This document shows, in pieces, positions 8,592-18,341 of a DNA stretch of 64,000 bases (position 1 is its first letter; each line of letters opens with the position of its first letter). Position numbers and translations under genes: made by a program. Source of the stretch: Clostridiales bacterium (GTDB taxonomy: Bacteria > Bacillota > Clostridia > Lachnospirales > Lachnospiraceae). Location of the stretch: the NCBI GenBank assembly GCA_029227635.1, contig JAQYAH010000086.1:26160-90159 (forward strand). The letters run 5' to 3'. Below the pieces are notes generated by a model, which did no database searches, had not been told where the DNA came from, and worked only from the letters and a program-made list of their open reading frames with translations.

Positions 8592-9956
8592 TCACTCCTC
8601 GTCTTTCCGGGGAAGATTCGCAAAATAGTGCACTCCGAAAAAGATCGCCGGAATCGCCGAGATGACGTAAGCTATGGGCTGAGCCTCCTGGATTCCGTAA
8701 ATTCCCCTTATCTCTCTGAGTATAAGAAGCACCGGAACGAAGAGGGCTCCGCTTCGAAATACCGACATTATGGAAGCCCCAAGTTTTCGCCCGGTACTCT
8801 GGAAGAGCATCTCCACCACCATACAGGGCGAGGTAGTCCAGAGAACATAGGCGTTAAGCCTGAGTGCTCTGGCTCCCACCATTATTACCTGGGGATCATC
8901 TCTGAATCGGCCGATCACGAACTCCGGATCTATGAGAAGCCCCAGTGAGATAAAGATCACCAGCACAGTGGACAAAAGGACGGTGCACCAAAAGGCTTTT
9001 CTAAGGCGGCCATATTTTCCCGCTCCGTAATTGTAACCACTGATGGGCTGAAAACCCTGACCCACTCCAATTGCCACACAGAGGGCAATGAAAACCACCC
9101 TGGCAACAATACTCATGGCCGAAACGGCATAATCCCCATAAATGCCCGCCGAGCTGTTGAGGAGTACAGTGACGATACTGTTGAGTCCCTGTCTGAAAAG
9201 GCTGGGCATTCCGGTAGTGATAATCTCAACTGTCGCCTTGACACTTCTCAAATAGTATTTGGGAGAAATGGTGACCTGGGTCTTTCCCCTTAAGTAAACG
9301 CTGATCAGCACGAAAAATCCAATATACTGGCTGATTGCCGTTGAAAGTCCTGCTCCCGCGATTCCCATCTTAAACCCAAAAATCAAGATAGGGTCGCCGA
9401 TAATGTTGAGAATCGCTCCCACCATCATTCCTATGGTTCCAAGGTAAGCCCGCCCCTCATACCTAAGGAGATTGTTCATAATGAAGCTTGTCACTATGGC
9501 CGGTATTGCAAAAAGAATATACCGCACATAGATCACCGCATAGGGAGCGATGGTTTTTGTGCTTCCCAGGAGCATCACCAGCTCATCTGTAAAAACATAG
9601 CCAAGAATCATGATCACTGCGCACACCACCAGGGAATCGAAAAAAGCAGTGGATGCTATTTTTGACGCACTTTCCATGTCCTTTTGCCCAAGGAATCGGG
9701 AGACGTGGCTGCCTGCCCCATGACCGAACATAAAGCTTACCGCCTGGATTATGGCCATAAAACCAAAGACCACTCCCACTGCTCCGCTGGCGCTGGTACC
9801 AATTCTGCCGATAAACGCCGTGTCCGCCAGATTATATATGTTGGTTATGAGCATGGAAATAACCGTGGGAATCGAAAGCTTCACAAGCAGTCGAAACACC
9901 GGGGTCTTCGTCATTAGGTCGTATTGTTTTTGCGCCAGGCGCTCTTTCTCCTCCAT
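8592..9956 (-). CDS. MATE family efflux transporter
   Basis: 454 aa with 12 predicted hydrophobic helices and a typical MATE N-terminus (..PVFRLLVKLSIPTVISMLITNIYNLADTAFIGR). Confidence 0.85.
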   Translation of the reverse strand: MEEKERLAQKQYDLMTKTPVFRLLVKLSIPTVISMLITNIYNLADTAFIGRIGTSASGAVGVVFGFMAIIQAVSFMFGHGAGSHVSRFLGQKDMESASKIASTAFFDSLVVCAVIMILGYVFTDELVMLLGSTKTIAPYAVIYVRYILFAIPAIVTSFIMNNLLRYEGRAYLGTIGMMVGAILNIIGDPILIFGFKMGIAGAGLSTAISQYIGFFVLISVYLRGKTQVTISPKYYLRSVKATVEIITTGMPSLFRQGLNSIVTVLLNSSAGIYGDYAVSAMSIVARVVFIALCVAIGVGQGFQPISGYNYGAGKYGRLRKAFWCTVLLSTVLVIFISLGLLIDPEFVIGRFRDDPQVIMVGARALRLNAYVLWTTSPCMVVEMLFQSTGRKLGASIMSVFRSGALFVPVLLILREIRGIYGIQEAQPIAYVISAIPAIFFGVHYFANLPRKDEE

Positions 9957-9989
9957 TTTGAGGTTTCCTCCTTTTGCTCGTTGCTTCTA

Positions 9990-10022
9990 TAAAAAGGCTG
10001 TGTCCTTAAAAGGATCACAGCC
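9990..10022 (-). terminator. intrinsic terminator after the 87-aa ORF
   Basis: Minus strand: GGCTGTGATCC-TTTTAA-GGACACAGCC followed by TTTTT. Confidence 0.7.
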
Positions 10023-10043
10023 TGATGCTAATGATTATATCTT

Positions 10044-10307
10044 TTACTCCTCAATTACCTGAAGTTCCAGGTAATCAAAATCGATGCTGTCAATGAAATT
10101 GTCCGCGGTGAACCGGGTTTTGGATGCCCGCTGAAAATCCCGTATGTTTTTCTCAAACCACACCGGCTTACTGAGGTCAAACTCGACACAGATCTCCTCC
10201 AGGCAGCTAAGCACCCGGTTTGTATATGTGTCCTCCACCTCATTCTCCGCCACGAAGTCTCTCAGCATTCGATTGTCTTTGAATTCTTTGCCCCAGACTC
10301 TCAGCAT
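10044..10307 (-). CDS. small acidic hypothetical protein (87 aa) coupled to the two-component system
   Basis: The ORF starts 3 nt after the response-regulator stop. I recognise no motif in it. Confidence 0.55.
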   Translation of the reverse strand: MLRVWGKEFKDNRMLRDFVAENEVEDTYTNRVLSCLEEICVEFDLSKPVWFEKNIRDFQRASKTRFTADNFIDSIDFDYLELQVIEE

Positions 10308-10310
10308 CTC

Positions 10311-11000
10311 TTACACCTTGAATCTGTAGCCCACGCCCCAAATGGTCTCAATGTACTGGGGATTTGAGGAGTCGAACTCGATCTTCTCCCTGATCTTCTT
10401 GATATGCACTGTTACCGTCGCAATGTCCCCGATGGATTCCATATCCCAGATCTTATTGAAGAGCTCCTCCTTGGTGAAAACATGGTTGGGATGGGAGGCG
10501 AGGAAAGTCAGGAGGTCGAACTCCTTTGTTGTAAAAGACTTCTCCTCCCCGTTGATCCACACTCTCCGGGCAGTCTTATCGATCTTGATTCCTCGAATCT
10601 CAATAACCTCGTTCTCCTCCTGGTTGCTGCTAACCAGTCTCTCATATCTGGCCAAATGAGCCTTGACTCTTGCCACCAGCTCACTGGGGCTGAAGGGCTT
10701 GGTCATGTAGTCATCGGCTCCAAGACCCAGGCCTCTGATTTTATCAATATCATCCCTCTTTGCAGACACCATGAGGATAGGGGTGTTCTGGACCTCCCGG
10801 ATCTTTTTGCAGATTTCAAATCCGTCAACTCCGGGAAGCATAAGATCAAGAATATAAAAATCATAGGAGCCCGCAAGAGCCTTCTCAAGACCTTTTTGTC
10901 CGTCATTCTCAATATCTACCTTGAATCCGCTGAGCTCCAGATAGTCTTTTTCGAGTTCAGCGATACTCTCTTCATCTTCAATGATAAGGATTTTACTCAT
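10311..11000 (-). CDS. OmpR-family response regulator
   Basis: Receiver domain (ILIIEDE..DLMLPGVDG) plus a winged-helix C-terminus (..IETIWGVGYRFKV). Confidence 0.95.
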   Translation of the reverse strand: MSKILIIEDEESIAELEKDYLELSGFKVDIENDGQKGLEKALAGSYDFYILDLMLPGVDGFEICKKIREVQNTPILMVSAKRDDIDKIRGLGLGADDYMTKPFSPSELVARVKAHLARYERLVSSNQEENEVIEIRGIKIDKTARRVWINGEEKSFTTKEFDLLTFLASHPNHVFTKEELFNKIWDMESIGDIATVTVHIKKIREKIEFDSSNPQYIETIWGVGYRFKV

Positions 11001-12487
11001 TATACCGGCACCTCCTGATACTTCCTTATTACAAATGTCATGGTTGTTCCCTTGCCTTCAACACTGGAAGCCCAGATCTTTCCGCCATGATCGTCAATGA
11101 TCTTTTTGACAATGGAAAGTCCTATGCCACTTCCACCTTTTGAAGAGTTTCGGGATGAGTCAGACCGGTAAAATCTGTCGAATATGAGCGGCAGATCTTT
11201 TGCGGCTATGCCGCGCCCATTGTCTTCGATCTCAACCTGTACGTAATCTCCCACGTCCCTGACACGAATTGATATATGTCCGGGCTCTTCCCTCATATAT
11301 TTGATAGAATTGCCAACAATGTTATTGATAACTCTTCTCAGCTGTTCGGCATCCGCTATTATTCTGACCTGGTCATCTACAGTATTTGCATAGTCAAAAG
11401 CAATTCCTTTGGCAGTAAGGTCAAGCTCCAGCTCCTCCGCACAATCTCCAAAGAAACCAACCGTATTGATACGGTCAAAAGTATAGGGGATTCGGTTCGT
11501 ATCGATCTTGGAATAAAAAGTCAGCTCATTTATGAGCGCATCCATCTCGTTGGCTTTGTTGTAGATAGTCTTAATGTACCGGTCCATCTTCTCCGGTGTA
11601 TCTGCAACGCCGTCCATAATTCCCTCCACATAACCTTTGACCGCTGTGATAGGGGTCTTGAGGTCATGGGAAATATTGCTTATGAGCTCCTTGCTCTCCT
11701 TATCGTAAACCAGCTTCTCCTCCGCCTGGTCCGCCAGCTGTTTGCGCATCTTCTCAAAGTTGCTGCAGAGGATTCCGATCTCGTCCTTGGAATCGATTCC
11801 CTGCATGGTGAAGTCCAGATTTCCCTCCATGATATTCTGAGTTGCCTTTGTGAGGCGGTTCAGTGGATGAATCAGGTCCTGATATACCCAGGAAAAAGCC
11901 AGCAGCATGGTCACAAAAAGAACCAGCATAATCGCACACACCATACTCTTTATCATATCTGTGAGCTGGGGAATATCTGTGCTCTGAGTAATGACAAAAA
12001 CGCTGTACTTGTCATTATCCGCCATCTTCATGTCAAACTGGCGAAGGATAGACATGGGATCCCCTTCTATGATGAGTCCGCTTCCGTCAATGGAAGTGGA
12101 GCTTCCGAATGCCGGCAGTAAATGGGAGGATATTCTGCTTCCAGACTTCCATCCGTCAAAAATAACCACCCCATTCTTTCTCACCATGAGATAGGAAAAC
12201 TGAGGCAAAAGCTTCTCATTCTGCTCTTCCATAAACCTCTCATCCTCAAGACTTTCCGGATTTTCGGTAATCTTCTTCCTGAGATCAGAGAAATTCTTGG
12301 CATTGATCTCTCTAATGAGCTGCTCCGAACTCATTAAGGATTTAAAGCTCATATTCTCGATGCCGTAGGTCTTTTCCAGGATCTTACTCTGATAGTTGGC
12401 AATTCCAAAGATTACCGCCACCGAGAGAACCGTGGGCAAAATAAGGGCAATTATGAAAGTTATGAACAACTTTGTGGAAAATTTCAA
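11000..12487 (-). CDS. sensor histidine kinase (2 TM, HAMP, HisKA, HATPase_c)
   Basis: H-box SNISHDLKTP and the N/G boxes NNIVGNSIKY, DNGRGI, GSGIGLSIV. TTG start 7 nt after AAGGAG, 11 nt after the metK stop. Confidence 0.9.
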   Translation of the reverse strand: MKFSTKLFITFIIALILPTVLSVAVIFGIANYQSKILEKTYGIENMSFKSLMSSEQLIREINAKNFSDLRKKITENPESLEDERFMEEQNEKLLPQFSYLMVRKNGVVIFDGWKSGSRISSHLLPAFGSSTSIDGSGLIIEGDPMSILRQFDMKMADNDKYSVFVITQSTDIPQLTDMIKSMVCAIMLVLFVTMLLAFSWVYQDLIHPLNRLTKATQNIMEGNLDFTMQGIDSKDEIGILCSNFEKMRKQLADQAEEKLVYDKESKELISNISHDLKTPITAVKGYVEGIMDGVADTPEKMDRYIKTIYNKANEMDALINELTFYSKIDTNRIPYTFDRINTVGFFGDCAEELELDLTAKGIAFDYANTVDDQVRIIADAEQLRRVINNIVGNSIKYMREEPGHISIRVRDVGDYVQVEIEDNGRGIAAKDLPLIFDRFYRSDSSRNSSKGGSGIGLSIVKKIIDDHGGKIWASSVEGKGTTMTFVIRKYQEVPV

Positions 12488-12498
12488 ACCACCACTCC

Positions 12499-13695
12499 TT
12501 AGTTGATTCCGGCTTCAGCTCTTAACTCCGGCACTTTATCGAGCTTCTCCCAGGGAAGTTCCACATCTGTACGTCCGAAATGACCGTAAGCAGCCGTCTG
12601 ACGATAGATTGGTCTTCTGAGATCCAGCATTTTAATGATACCTGCCGGGCGAAGATCAAAGCACTTATTAATAAGTTCAATGATCCTGCTGTCTGAGATC
12701 TTGCCTGTGCCGTATGTGTTTACTGAAATTGATGTAGGTCTTGCCACACCGATGGCATAGGACACCTGAATCTGAATCCTGTCGCAAAGTCCCGCAGCCA
12801 CAATATTCTTCGCAATATATCTTGCAGCATAGGATGCGGAACGGTCCACCTTGGTGCAGTCTTTACCGGAAAAAGCTCCGCCGCCGTGAGCCGCGGATCC
12901 ACCGTAGGTGTCAACGATTATCTTACGTCCGGTGAGACCGGAGTCACCCTGAGGACCGCCGATTACAAAACGACCGGTGGGATTAACGTAAAATTTGGTA
13001 TCCTCGTCAATAAGTTCTGCCGGGAGCACCTCATCAAAAATATACTTCGTTACATCTTCCCGAATCTGCTTCTGAGAAACTTCGGGACTGTGCTGTGTTG
13101 AGAGAACCACCGCTTCCAGTCGGATGGGTTTTCCATTCTCGTCATACTCAACTGTCACCTGGGATTTTCCGTCCGGACGAAGATAAGAAAGTGTTCCGTC
13201 CTTCCTTACTTCTGTAAGCTTTCTTGTCAGTCTGTGTGCCAGATCTATTGCATAGGGCATATAATTATCTGTCTCATTGCTTGCATATCCGAACATCATA
13301 CCCTGATCTCCGGCGCCGATAGCTTCAAGCTCATCGTCGGACATAAGGCCTTCCTTGTTCTCCAGCGCCCTGTTAACTCCAAGGGCAATATCATCTGACT
13401 GCCTGTCAAGAGCAATGCGGATCTCACAGGTGTCGGCATCAAAGCCCATGTCGCCACCCACATATCCGATCTCCCGGATAGTCTGTCTGGCAACACTCTC
13501 AATATCTACTTCTGCATTTGCGGTTATCTCACCCATGATAACAACCATATTTGTGGTTGCGCAGCACTCACAGGCAACTCTGGCCTGGGGATCCTTCGCT
13601 ATAAATGCATCCAGCACCGCATCCGAGATCTGATCGCAAAGCTTATCAGGATGTCCTTCTGTTACAGATTCTGATGTGAAAAGTCTCTTGTCCAT
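12499..13695 (-). CDS. metK: S-adenosylmethionine synthase
   Basis: [20 protein letters not shown] and GGGAFSGKD motifs; 398 aa. Confidence 0.97.
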   Translation of the reverse strand: MDKRLFTSESVTEGHPDKLCDQISDAVLDAFIAKDPQARVACECCATTNMVVIMGEITANAEVDIESVARQTIREIGYVGGDMGFDADTCEIRIALDRQSDDIALGVNRALENKEGLMSDDELEAIGAGDQGMMFGYASNETDNYMPYAIDLAHRLTRKLTEVRKDGTLSYLRPDGKSQVTVEYDENGKPIRLEAVVLSTQHSPEVSQKQIREDVTKYIFDEVLPAELIDEDTKFYVNPTGRFVIGGPQGDSGLTGRKIIVDTYGGSAAHGGGAFSGKDCTKVDRSASYAARYIAKNIVAAGLCDRIQIQVSYAIGVARPTSISVNTYGTGKISDSRIIELINKCFDLRPAGIIKMLDLRRPIYRQTAAYGHFGRTDVELPWEKLDKVPELRAEAGIN

Positions 13696-13776
13696 TGATA
13701 TCTCCCTTAAAACATTATTGTAGTAGAAATTGCATTATTATCATCAGAAGTGTAAATGTTCACATTCTGATATTTA

Positions 13777-13833
13777 AGCGGTCGCCAAGTCCCGAATTGG
13801 GATTCCCGACTTTGGCTCGTCGCTATTACAAAA
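13777..13833 (-). repeat. terminator-proximal conserved box plus hairpin, copy B (metK leader)
   Basis: Minus strand reads TTTTGTAATAGCGACGAGCCAAAGTCGGGAATCCCAATTCGGGACTTGGCGACCGCT. GCCAAAGTC pairs with GACTTGGC, and AGCG pairs with CGCT. Confidence 0.5.
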
Positions 13834-13858
13834 GGCCCGCTAAATACCTTAGCGGGCC
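13828..13858 (-). terminator. intrinsic terminator after murA
   Basis: Minus strand: GGCCCGCT-AAGGTATTT-AGCGGGCC followed by TTTTG. Confidence 0.8.
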
Positions 13859-13887
13859 GAATTGACTGATTACCGTCTGAAAACTTC

Positions 13888-15183
13888 CTAGCCCACCCTG
13901 AGTTTGAACTTCTGAACTTCAGCCTCGCTGTCGACCTTACTGATCACAGCTCCAAGGTTTGCTAACTTTCCTTCAAAGTCTTCATATCCTCTCTCAATAT
14001 ATACGATGTCGCTGACAGTAGAAAAACCTTCCGCCGCAAGACCGGCAATCACAAGTGCTGCACCGGCTCTCAGATCCGGAGCCACAAGCCCGGCGCCCTT
14101 ATAACCGTTGATTCCCTTGATTATCGCGGTATTTCCTTCAACCTTTATGTCAGCGCCCATCTTTGTGAGCTCATCCACATACTTGAAACGATTCTCGAAA
14201 ATCGTCTCCGTGACCGTGCTCGTTCCCTCACAGAGAGATAAAAGCACCGCCATCTGAGGTTGCATATCCGTAGGAAAACCGGGATATGCCAATGTGGTCA
14301 CTCTGGTATTCATGAGCTGGTGGGCTGCCACAACTCTCACTGCATCTCCCGACTCCTGAACTTCACATCCGATTTCAATGAGCTTGGAGGTGATGGCCTC
14401 AAGATGCTTTGGAATGACATTGCGTACAATGACATCTCCTCTTGTAGCTGCTGCTGCAACCATATATGTTCCGGCCTCTATCTGGTCCGGAATGATAGAA
14501 TATTCTGTCTTGTGAAGCTTGCGAACACCTATGATACGGATCACGTCGGTGCCCGCGCCTTTGATATTCGCGCCCATGCTGTTGAGGAAGTTAGCTACAT
14601 CCACAACATGGGGTTCCTTCGCCGCGTTCTCAATGACAGTTGTGCCTGAAGCAAGGGAAGCCGCCATCATAATATTGATAGTGGCGCCTACGCTTATCTT
14701 ATCGAGATAGATATTGCCGCCCTTCAGCCTTCCTCCGGCATTGGCATTAACGCTTCCGTTATCAATTCTGACAACGGCGCCCATAGCCCTAAAGCCTTTG
14801 ATATGAAGGTCAATAGGTCTGCTGCCGATATTACAGCCTCCGGGGAGTGCAACCACTGCCTGTCCAAATCTTCCCAAAAGGGCTCCGACGAAGTAATAGG
14901 ATGCCCGGATTCTCTTGATGAAGTCCTCTTCAAGGCATACCGAATTGACCGTCGATGTGTTGATACGAACGGTGTGGGCATCGATCCTGTTTACGGAAGC
15001 ACCAATATTGCTCAGGGCTTCCAGCATAACCTGTGTATCTCTTACATCCGGAACATTCTCAATTTGTACGGTTTCTTCAGTAAGAAGCGTCGCCGCCAGA
15101 ATCGCAAGTGCCGCATTCTTGGCGCCGCCTATTTCCACCTCTCCTACGAGAGGATTGCCGCCTTTAATGACATACTGATCCAT
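13888..15183 (-). CDS. murA: UDP-N-acetylglucosamine 1-carboxyvinyltransferase
   Basis: [26 protein letters not shown]-terminus. The start was chosen at MDQY (15183), which has AAGGGG 7 nt upstream. Confidence 0.95.
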   Translation of the reverse strand: MDQYVIKGGNPLVGEVEIGGAKNAALAILAATLLTEETVQIENVPDVRDTQVMLEALSNIGASVNRIDAHTVRINTSTVNSVCLEEDFIKRIRASYYFVGALLGRFGQAVVALPGGCNIGSRPIDLHIKGFRAMGAVVRIDNGSVNANAGGRLKGGNIYLDKISVGATINIMMAASLASGTTVIENAAKEPHVVDVANFLNSMGANIKGAGTDVIRIIGVRKLHKTEYSIIPDQIEAGTYMVAAAATRGDVIVRNVIPKHLEAITSKLIEIGCEVQESGDAVRVVAAHQLMNTRVTTLAYPGFPTDMQPQMAVLLSLCEGTSTVTETIFENRFKYVDELTKMGADIKVEGNTAIIKGINGYKGAGLVAPDLRAGAALVIAGLAAEGFSTVSDIVYIERGYEDFEGKLANLGAVISKVDSEAEVQKFKLRVG

Positions 15184-15215
15184 ATCGTACCCCTTAATAG
15201 TCATAATTCTAAACT

Positions 15216-15244
15216 ATTATACATTCAATCAATCTTTTTGTAAA
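15216..15244 (-). promoter_or_regulatory. candidate sigma-A promoter for murA
   Basis: Minus strand: TTTACA, a 17-nt spacer, then TATAAT (preceded by TG), about 30 nt upstream of the ATG. Confidence 0.5.
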
Positions 15245-15310
15245 TATTTCAGATTCTAACCTTTTTATTAAGAACTTTGCCCCGTGTCATATCGGCCCCT
15301 GGCCGTCGTC

Positions 15311-15347
15311 AAAATGCAAAACGAGCTGCCGCAGTTGCGACAGCTCG
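15311..15347 (-). terminator. intrinsic terminator after the S1-domain gene
   Basis: Minus strand: CGAGCTG..CAGCTCG stem followed by TTTTGCATTTTG. Confidence 0.7.
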
Positions 15348-15381
15348 AAAAACATATTCATATTAAGTTTGAAAACCGGAA

Positions 15382-16065
15382 TTAGAGCTGAATTCCCTTA
15401 AGAAGATCTCCAAGATTTGTTGCAAGCTTCTCTGCCTTAGGGATAACAACCTTCTCCTGAACAGGCGCTGCTTCCTCAACAGGAGCTGTGAGAGCTCTGA
15501 TGGAAAGGCTGAGCTTACCATCCTTAACATTGATGACCTTAACATCTACTTCTTCACCTACAGAGAGAACATCTGCGGGAGACTTAATTCTCTTAGGCGC
15601 AATCTGTGACACATGTACAAGTCCTGAGAGTCCATTGTCAAGACGTACAAAAGCGCCATAGTTCTGAAGAGACTCTACCTTACCGTGCATAACTGATCCA
15701 ACTTCCACAGAATCAGCAGCTTTGCGGCGGGAAGCTCTTGCCTCGTCCTTAAGGACAGCACTTGCAGAAAGGATGAGACGGTTCTTAGCCTGATCAGCCT
15801 CGATAACACGAACTCTGAGCTCTGTGCCTACAAGAGTCTCAAGGTTGTCCACTCTGGAGAGTGATACGTGTGATCCGGGGATAAATGCTCTAAGCTCGTC
15901 AACATAAGTGATAACACCGCCGTTAACAACTTCCTTTACCACTACAGAAAATACTTCCTTGCTCTCCATCTTCTCTTTAAATTTATTCCACTTCTCTGCC
16001 TCAAATGCTGCAGGGTCAAGTTTATCTTCATAGTTTTCCATTGATTCAATACGTTCGTCGCTCAT
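15382..16065 (-). CDS. S1 RNA-binding domain protein (two S1 repeats)
   Basis: The repeats GGVITYVDELRAFIPGSHVS and GKVESLQNYGAFVRLDNGLSGLVHVSQI are S1-fold signatures. Start at MSDER, preceded by GAGAGGTGG. Confidence 0.8.
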   Translation of the reverse strand: MSDERIESMENYEDKLDPAAFEAEKWNKFKEKMESKEVFSVVVKEVVNGGVITYVDELRAFIPGSHVSLSRVDNLETLVGTELRVRVIEADQAKNRLILSASAVLKDEARASRRKAADSVEVGSVMHGKVESLQNYGAFVRLDNGLSGLVHVSQIAPKRIKSPADVLSVGEEVDVKVINVKDGKLSLSIRALTAPVEEAAPVQEKVVIPKAEKLATNLGDLLKGIQL

Positions 16066-16144
16066 CTCAAATCCACCTCTCAAGTATAATAAACATGCTG
16101 TGAACTAACCACAACACAAACAAGAGTATATCACATCCCCGAAA

Positions 16145-16177
16145 CAAAAAAAAGGCTGTCTTTGTCAGACAGCCTCT
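16145..16177 (-). terminator. intrinsic terminator after the alarmone synthetase gene
   Basis: Minus strand: AGGCTGTC-TGACAAA-GACAGCCT followed by a run of 8 T. Confidence 0.85.
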
Positions 16178-16190
16178 AAAATATTCAGAA

Positions 16191-16847
16191 TTAATCCCCA
16201 TCCGCCTCTGTGGTCAGTGCTTTGATCTGCTCATTCAGCTGAAGCATTCGATCATCCAGTTCCGCCACCATGGCCGCGCAGGCTCTTAAGTCCTTGCTGA
16301 TGTTCTCCGGCGCTTTGCCCTCAAACTTATAATAGATCTTGTGTTCCAGGCTTGCCCAGAAATCCATTGCAATGGTTCTTATCTGAATCTCAACCTTAGT
16401 CTCCACAACTCTGTCTGAGAGAAAAACCGGCACGGTTATGAGCATATGATAGCTCTTGTACCCGCTCTCCTTAGGGTTCTTGATATAATCCTTGATCCAG
16501 ATGACCTTCAGGTCATTCTGTTTACCCAGCATCTCCGCCAGATTATAGATATCGGAAGTAAACGAGCAGATGATTCGGATTCCCGCGATGTCATGGACAT
16601 ACCGAACCATGTTCTCAATTGTCACATCATAATCCTGCTTCTTGAGTTTCTTTACAATACTTTCCGGAGTCTTAAGCCGGGACTTGATATGTTCAATAGG
16701 ATTATATTTGTGAATATGCTGAAACTCATCATTAAGGATGTCGAGCTTAGTGCCGACTTCCTTAATTGCCGATCTGTACAGGAACTGAATAGTCTCCCAG
16801 CTGTCGACCTGACTCTCAGCAGTGTAAATCTGTTCTACGTTTATCAT
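16191..16847 (-). CDS. small alarmone synthetase (RelQ/RelP-type GTP pyrophosphokinase)
   Basis: 218 aa single RelA_SpoT synthetase domain (..VHDIAGIRIICSF..YKSYHMLI..EIQIRTIAMDFWASLEH). Confidence 0.85.
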   Translation of the reverse strand: MINVEQIYTAESQVDSWETIQFLYRSAIKEVGTKLDILNDEFQHIHKYNPIEHIKSRLKTPESIVKKLKKQDYDVTIENMVRYVHDIAGIRIICSFTSDIYNLAEMLGKQNDLKVIWIKDYIKNPKESGYKSYHMLITVPVFLSDRVVETKVEIQIRTIAMDFWASLEHKIYYKFEGKAPENISKDLRACAAMVAELDDRMLQLNEQIKALTTEADGD

Positions 16848-16897
16848 TTACTCTCCTGTTCGTAAAAGACATTCTCTACGCAGTCATTATGCCGATA

Positions 16898-17476
16898 CTA
16901 TTCCTTGAAAACAACTCCGCCTTCAACCGTCATGGACTCAACGATAGCCAGAGACTCAAGTCTTACGCCCATCTCGTTGCGGATAAAGTCTCCACCGGGC
17001 TGGAATCCCTTCTCAATAACAACACCGGCGCCCACAATCTCAGCACCTGCTGCTTTAACCAGAGTAATAAGTCCCTGAAGAGCTTTGCCGTTAGCAAGGA
17101 AATCATCAATGATAAGAACTTTGTCCTCCGGCTTGAGGAAATCCTTTGACACGATAATGTCATAGGTGGTTCCGTGGGTAAAAGACTCAACCGGGGTTGT
17201 GTACACCGATCCGGCAATATTCTTAGTCTTGTTCTTCTTTGCAAAAACAAGAGGAACGTCAAACTCCAGCGCTACCATAATAGCAATAGCAATACCGGAG
17301 GCCTCAATGGTAAGGATCTTAGTGATCTCCTCTCCCTCGAAGCGTCTCTTATATTCCTCAGCGATGTGCTTGAGGAGTTTTGCGTCGATCTGATGGTTTA
17401 AGAACTTGTCAACTTTGAGTACACTTCCGTCCTTGACAATACCGTCTTTTCTGATTCGATCTTTTAATTCCTGCAT
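16898..17476 (-). CDS. xpt: xanthine phosphoribosyltransferase
   Basis: MQELKDRIRKDGIVKDGSVLKVDKFLNHQID N-terminus and the PRPP motif VLIIDDFLANG. Confidence 0.93.
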   Translation of the reverse strand: MQELKDRIRKDGIVKDGSVLKVDKFLNHQIDAKLLKHIAEEYKRRFEGEEITKILTIEASGIAIAIMVALEFDVPLVFAKKNKTKNIAGSVYTTPVESFTHGTTYDIIVSKDFLKPEDKVLIIDDFLANGKALQGLITLVKAAGAEIVGAGVVIEKGFQPGGDFIRNEMGVRLESLAIVESMTVEGGVVFKE

Positions 17477-17498
17477 ACCAGTCTCCTTATCAATTTGT

Positions 17499-18122
17499 TT
17501 AATACTTGCTCACACGGTCACCGCTGCGGTTGAATTTGTAATCCTTAGTGGTCAAAAACTGTACCAGTATTCCCAGCACCGCAATGCCGGCAGCCATAAC
17601 CGGCATCACCCAGGGCTGAAGAGCTACCGGAATGAGCAGAATTATGTACTGTGCCGCTTTAATTCCGCCCTGCACTCCCGTCATGCAGATTATGATAGGC
17701 TTTAAGAAAATGATCGCCAGAACGGCAAATACCACTCCCGAAACCGCCATGAGTATAAGCTGGACCTGAAGATCCGCTATAAAACACTGAAGTATAGGTG
17801 CGGCAATAAGTGCCCCGAACACCAACGACTCCAGTATAATTCCAAAGAGATAAATGTAGACTGCAAGCATTGCAACAAAGAATCCGACTACCACCGAAAC
17901 TATCAAAGTCAGTATTTCATTATCAAAAAGCCGGCTTGATACAAGTGCTCCCCCAACTGTTCCGCAGGCAAAACCGATCACTGCGATCCAAAGCTTAGTA
18001 AATCTGTACCCAAGAAAACAGGCCAGTATTGCGATCACAAGTCCAAAGATCATCAAAGGAAGACTTCCCTTGTAATTGGTATATGCAAAGTGCTGGAGTA
18101 TTGTAAGAACTTTATTGATCAT
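17499..18122 (-). CDS. polytopic integral membrane protein (DUF4203/TM7S3-like, tentative)
   Basis: 207 aa, almost entirely hydrophobic helices. It ends 22 nt upstream of xpt. Confidence 0.6.
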   Translation of the reverse strand: MINKVLTILQHFAYTNYKGSLPLMIFGLVIAILACFLGYRFTKLWIAVIGFACGTVGGALVSSRLFDNEILTLIVSVVVGFFVAMLAVYIYLFGIILESLVFGALIAAPILQCFIADLQVQLILMAVSGVVFAVLAIIFLKPIIICMTGVQGGIKAAQYIILLIPVALQPWVMPVMAAGIAVLGILVQFLTTKDYKFNRSGDRVSKY

Positions 18123-18156
18123 GTTAAGGTTCCTTCCTGAATGATAATAATATTCA

Positions 18157-18179
18157 TATAATACTGCTCAAGTATTATA
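18157..18179. promoter_or_regulatory. perfect 9-bp inverted repeat (TATAATACT-N5-AGTATTATA) in a divergent promoter region
   Basis: Read directly from the sequence. Each arm contains TATAAT reading outward, so it could be a candidate operator and/or back-to-back -10 boxes. Confidence 0.35.
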
Positions 18180-18341
18180 CCATAATATTATACGTGAGCA
18201 AATATGCAAAAGTATTTCAGAATTTCTTAAAAAAGCCTAAACCATCTGCCCGTCACTGTCCTTTTCCCTCTGCTTGCTTTTGAAAAATTGCTGTGCTAAA
18301 CTCTAATGGACTTAGTCTTCTTATTTAAAAGGAGGAGTTTT

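Noticed and set aside
13696-13887. SAM riboswitch (S-box, SMK or other) in the metK leader
   Set aside because: I found no match to the SAM-I core or the SMK box as I remember them. The leader is instead occupied by the unassigned hairpin box reported as a finding.
15289-15296. SigD (sigma-28) -10 consensus GCCGATAT on the minus strand upstream of murA
   Set aside because: There is no TAAA-like -35 at the 15-nt spacing (it reads ATTT). The gene context (murA) is not flagellar, and a good sigma-A promoter lies closer to the gene. It is probably chance.
17477-17498. Purine riboswitch upstream of xpt (and of apt at 23175-23357)
   Set aside because: The xpt gap is only 22 nt. The apt leader lacks the conserved UAUAA..UAUGG..CUACC..CCGUAAA pattern.
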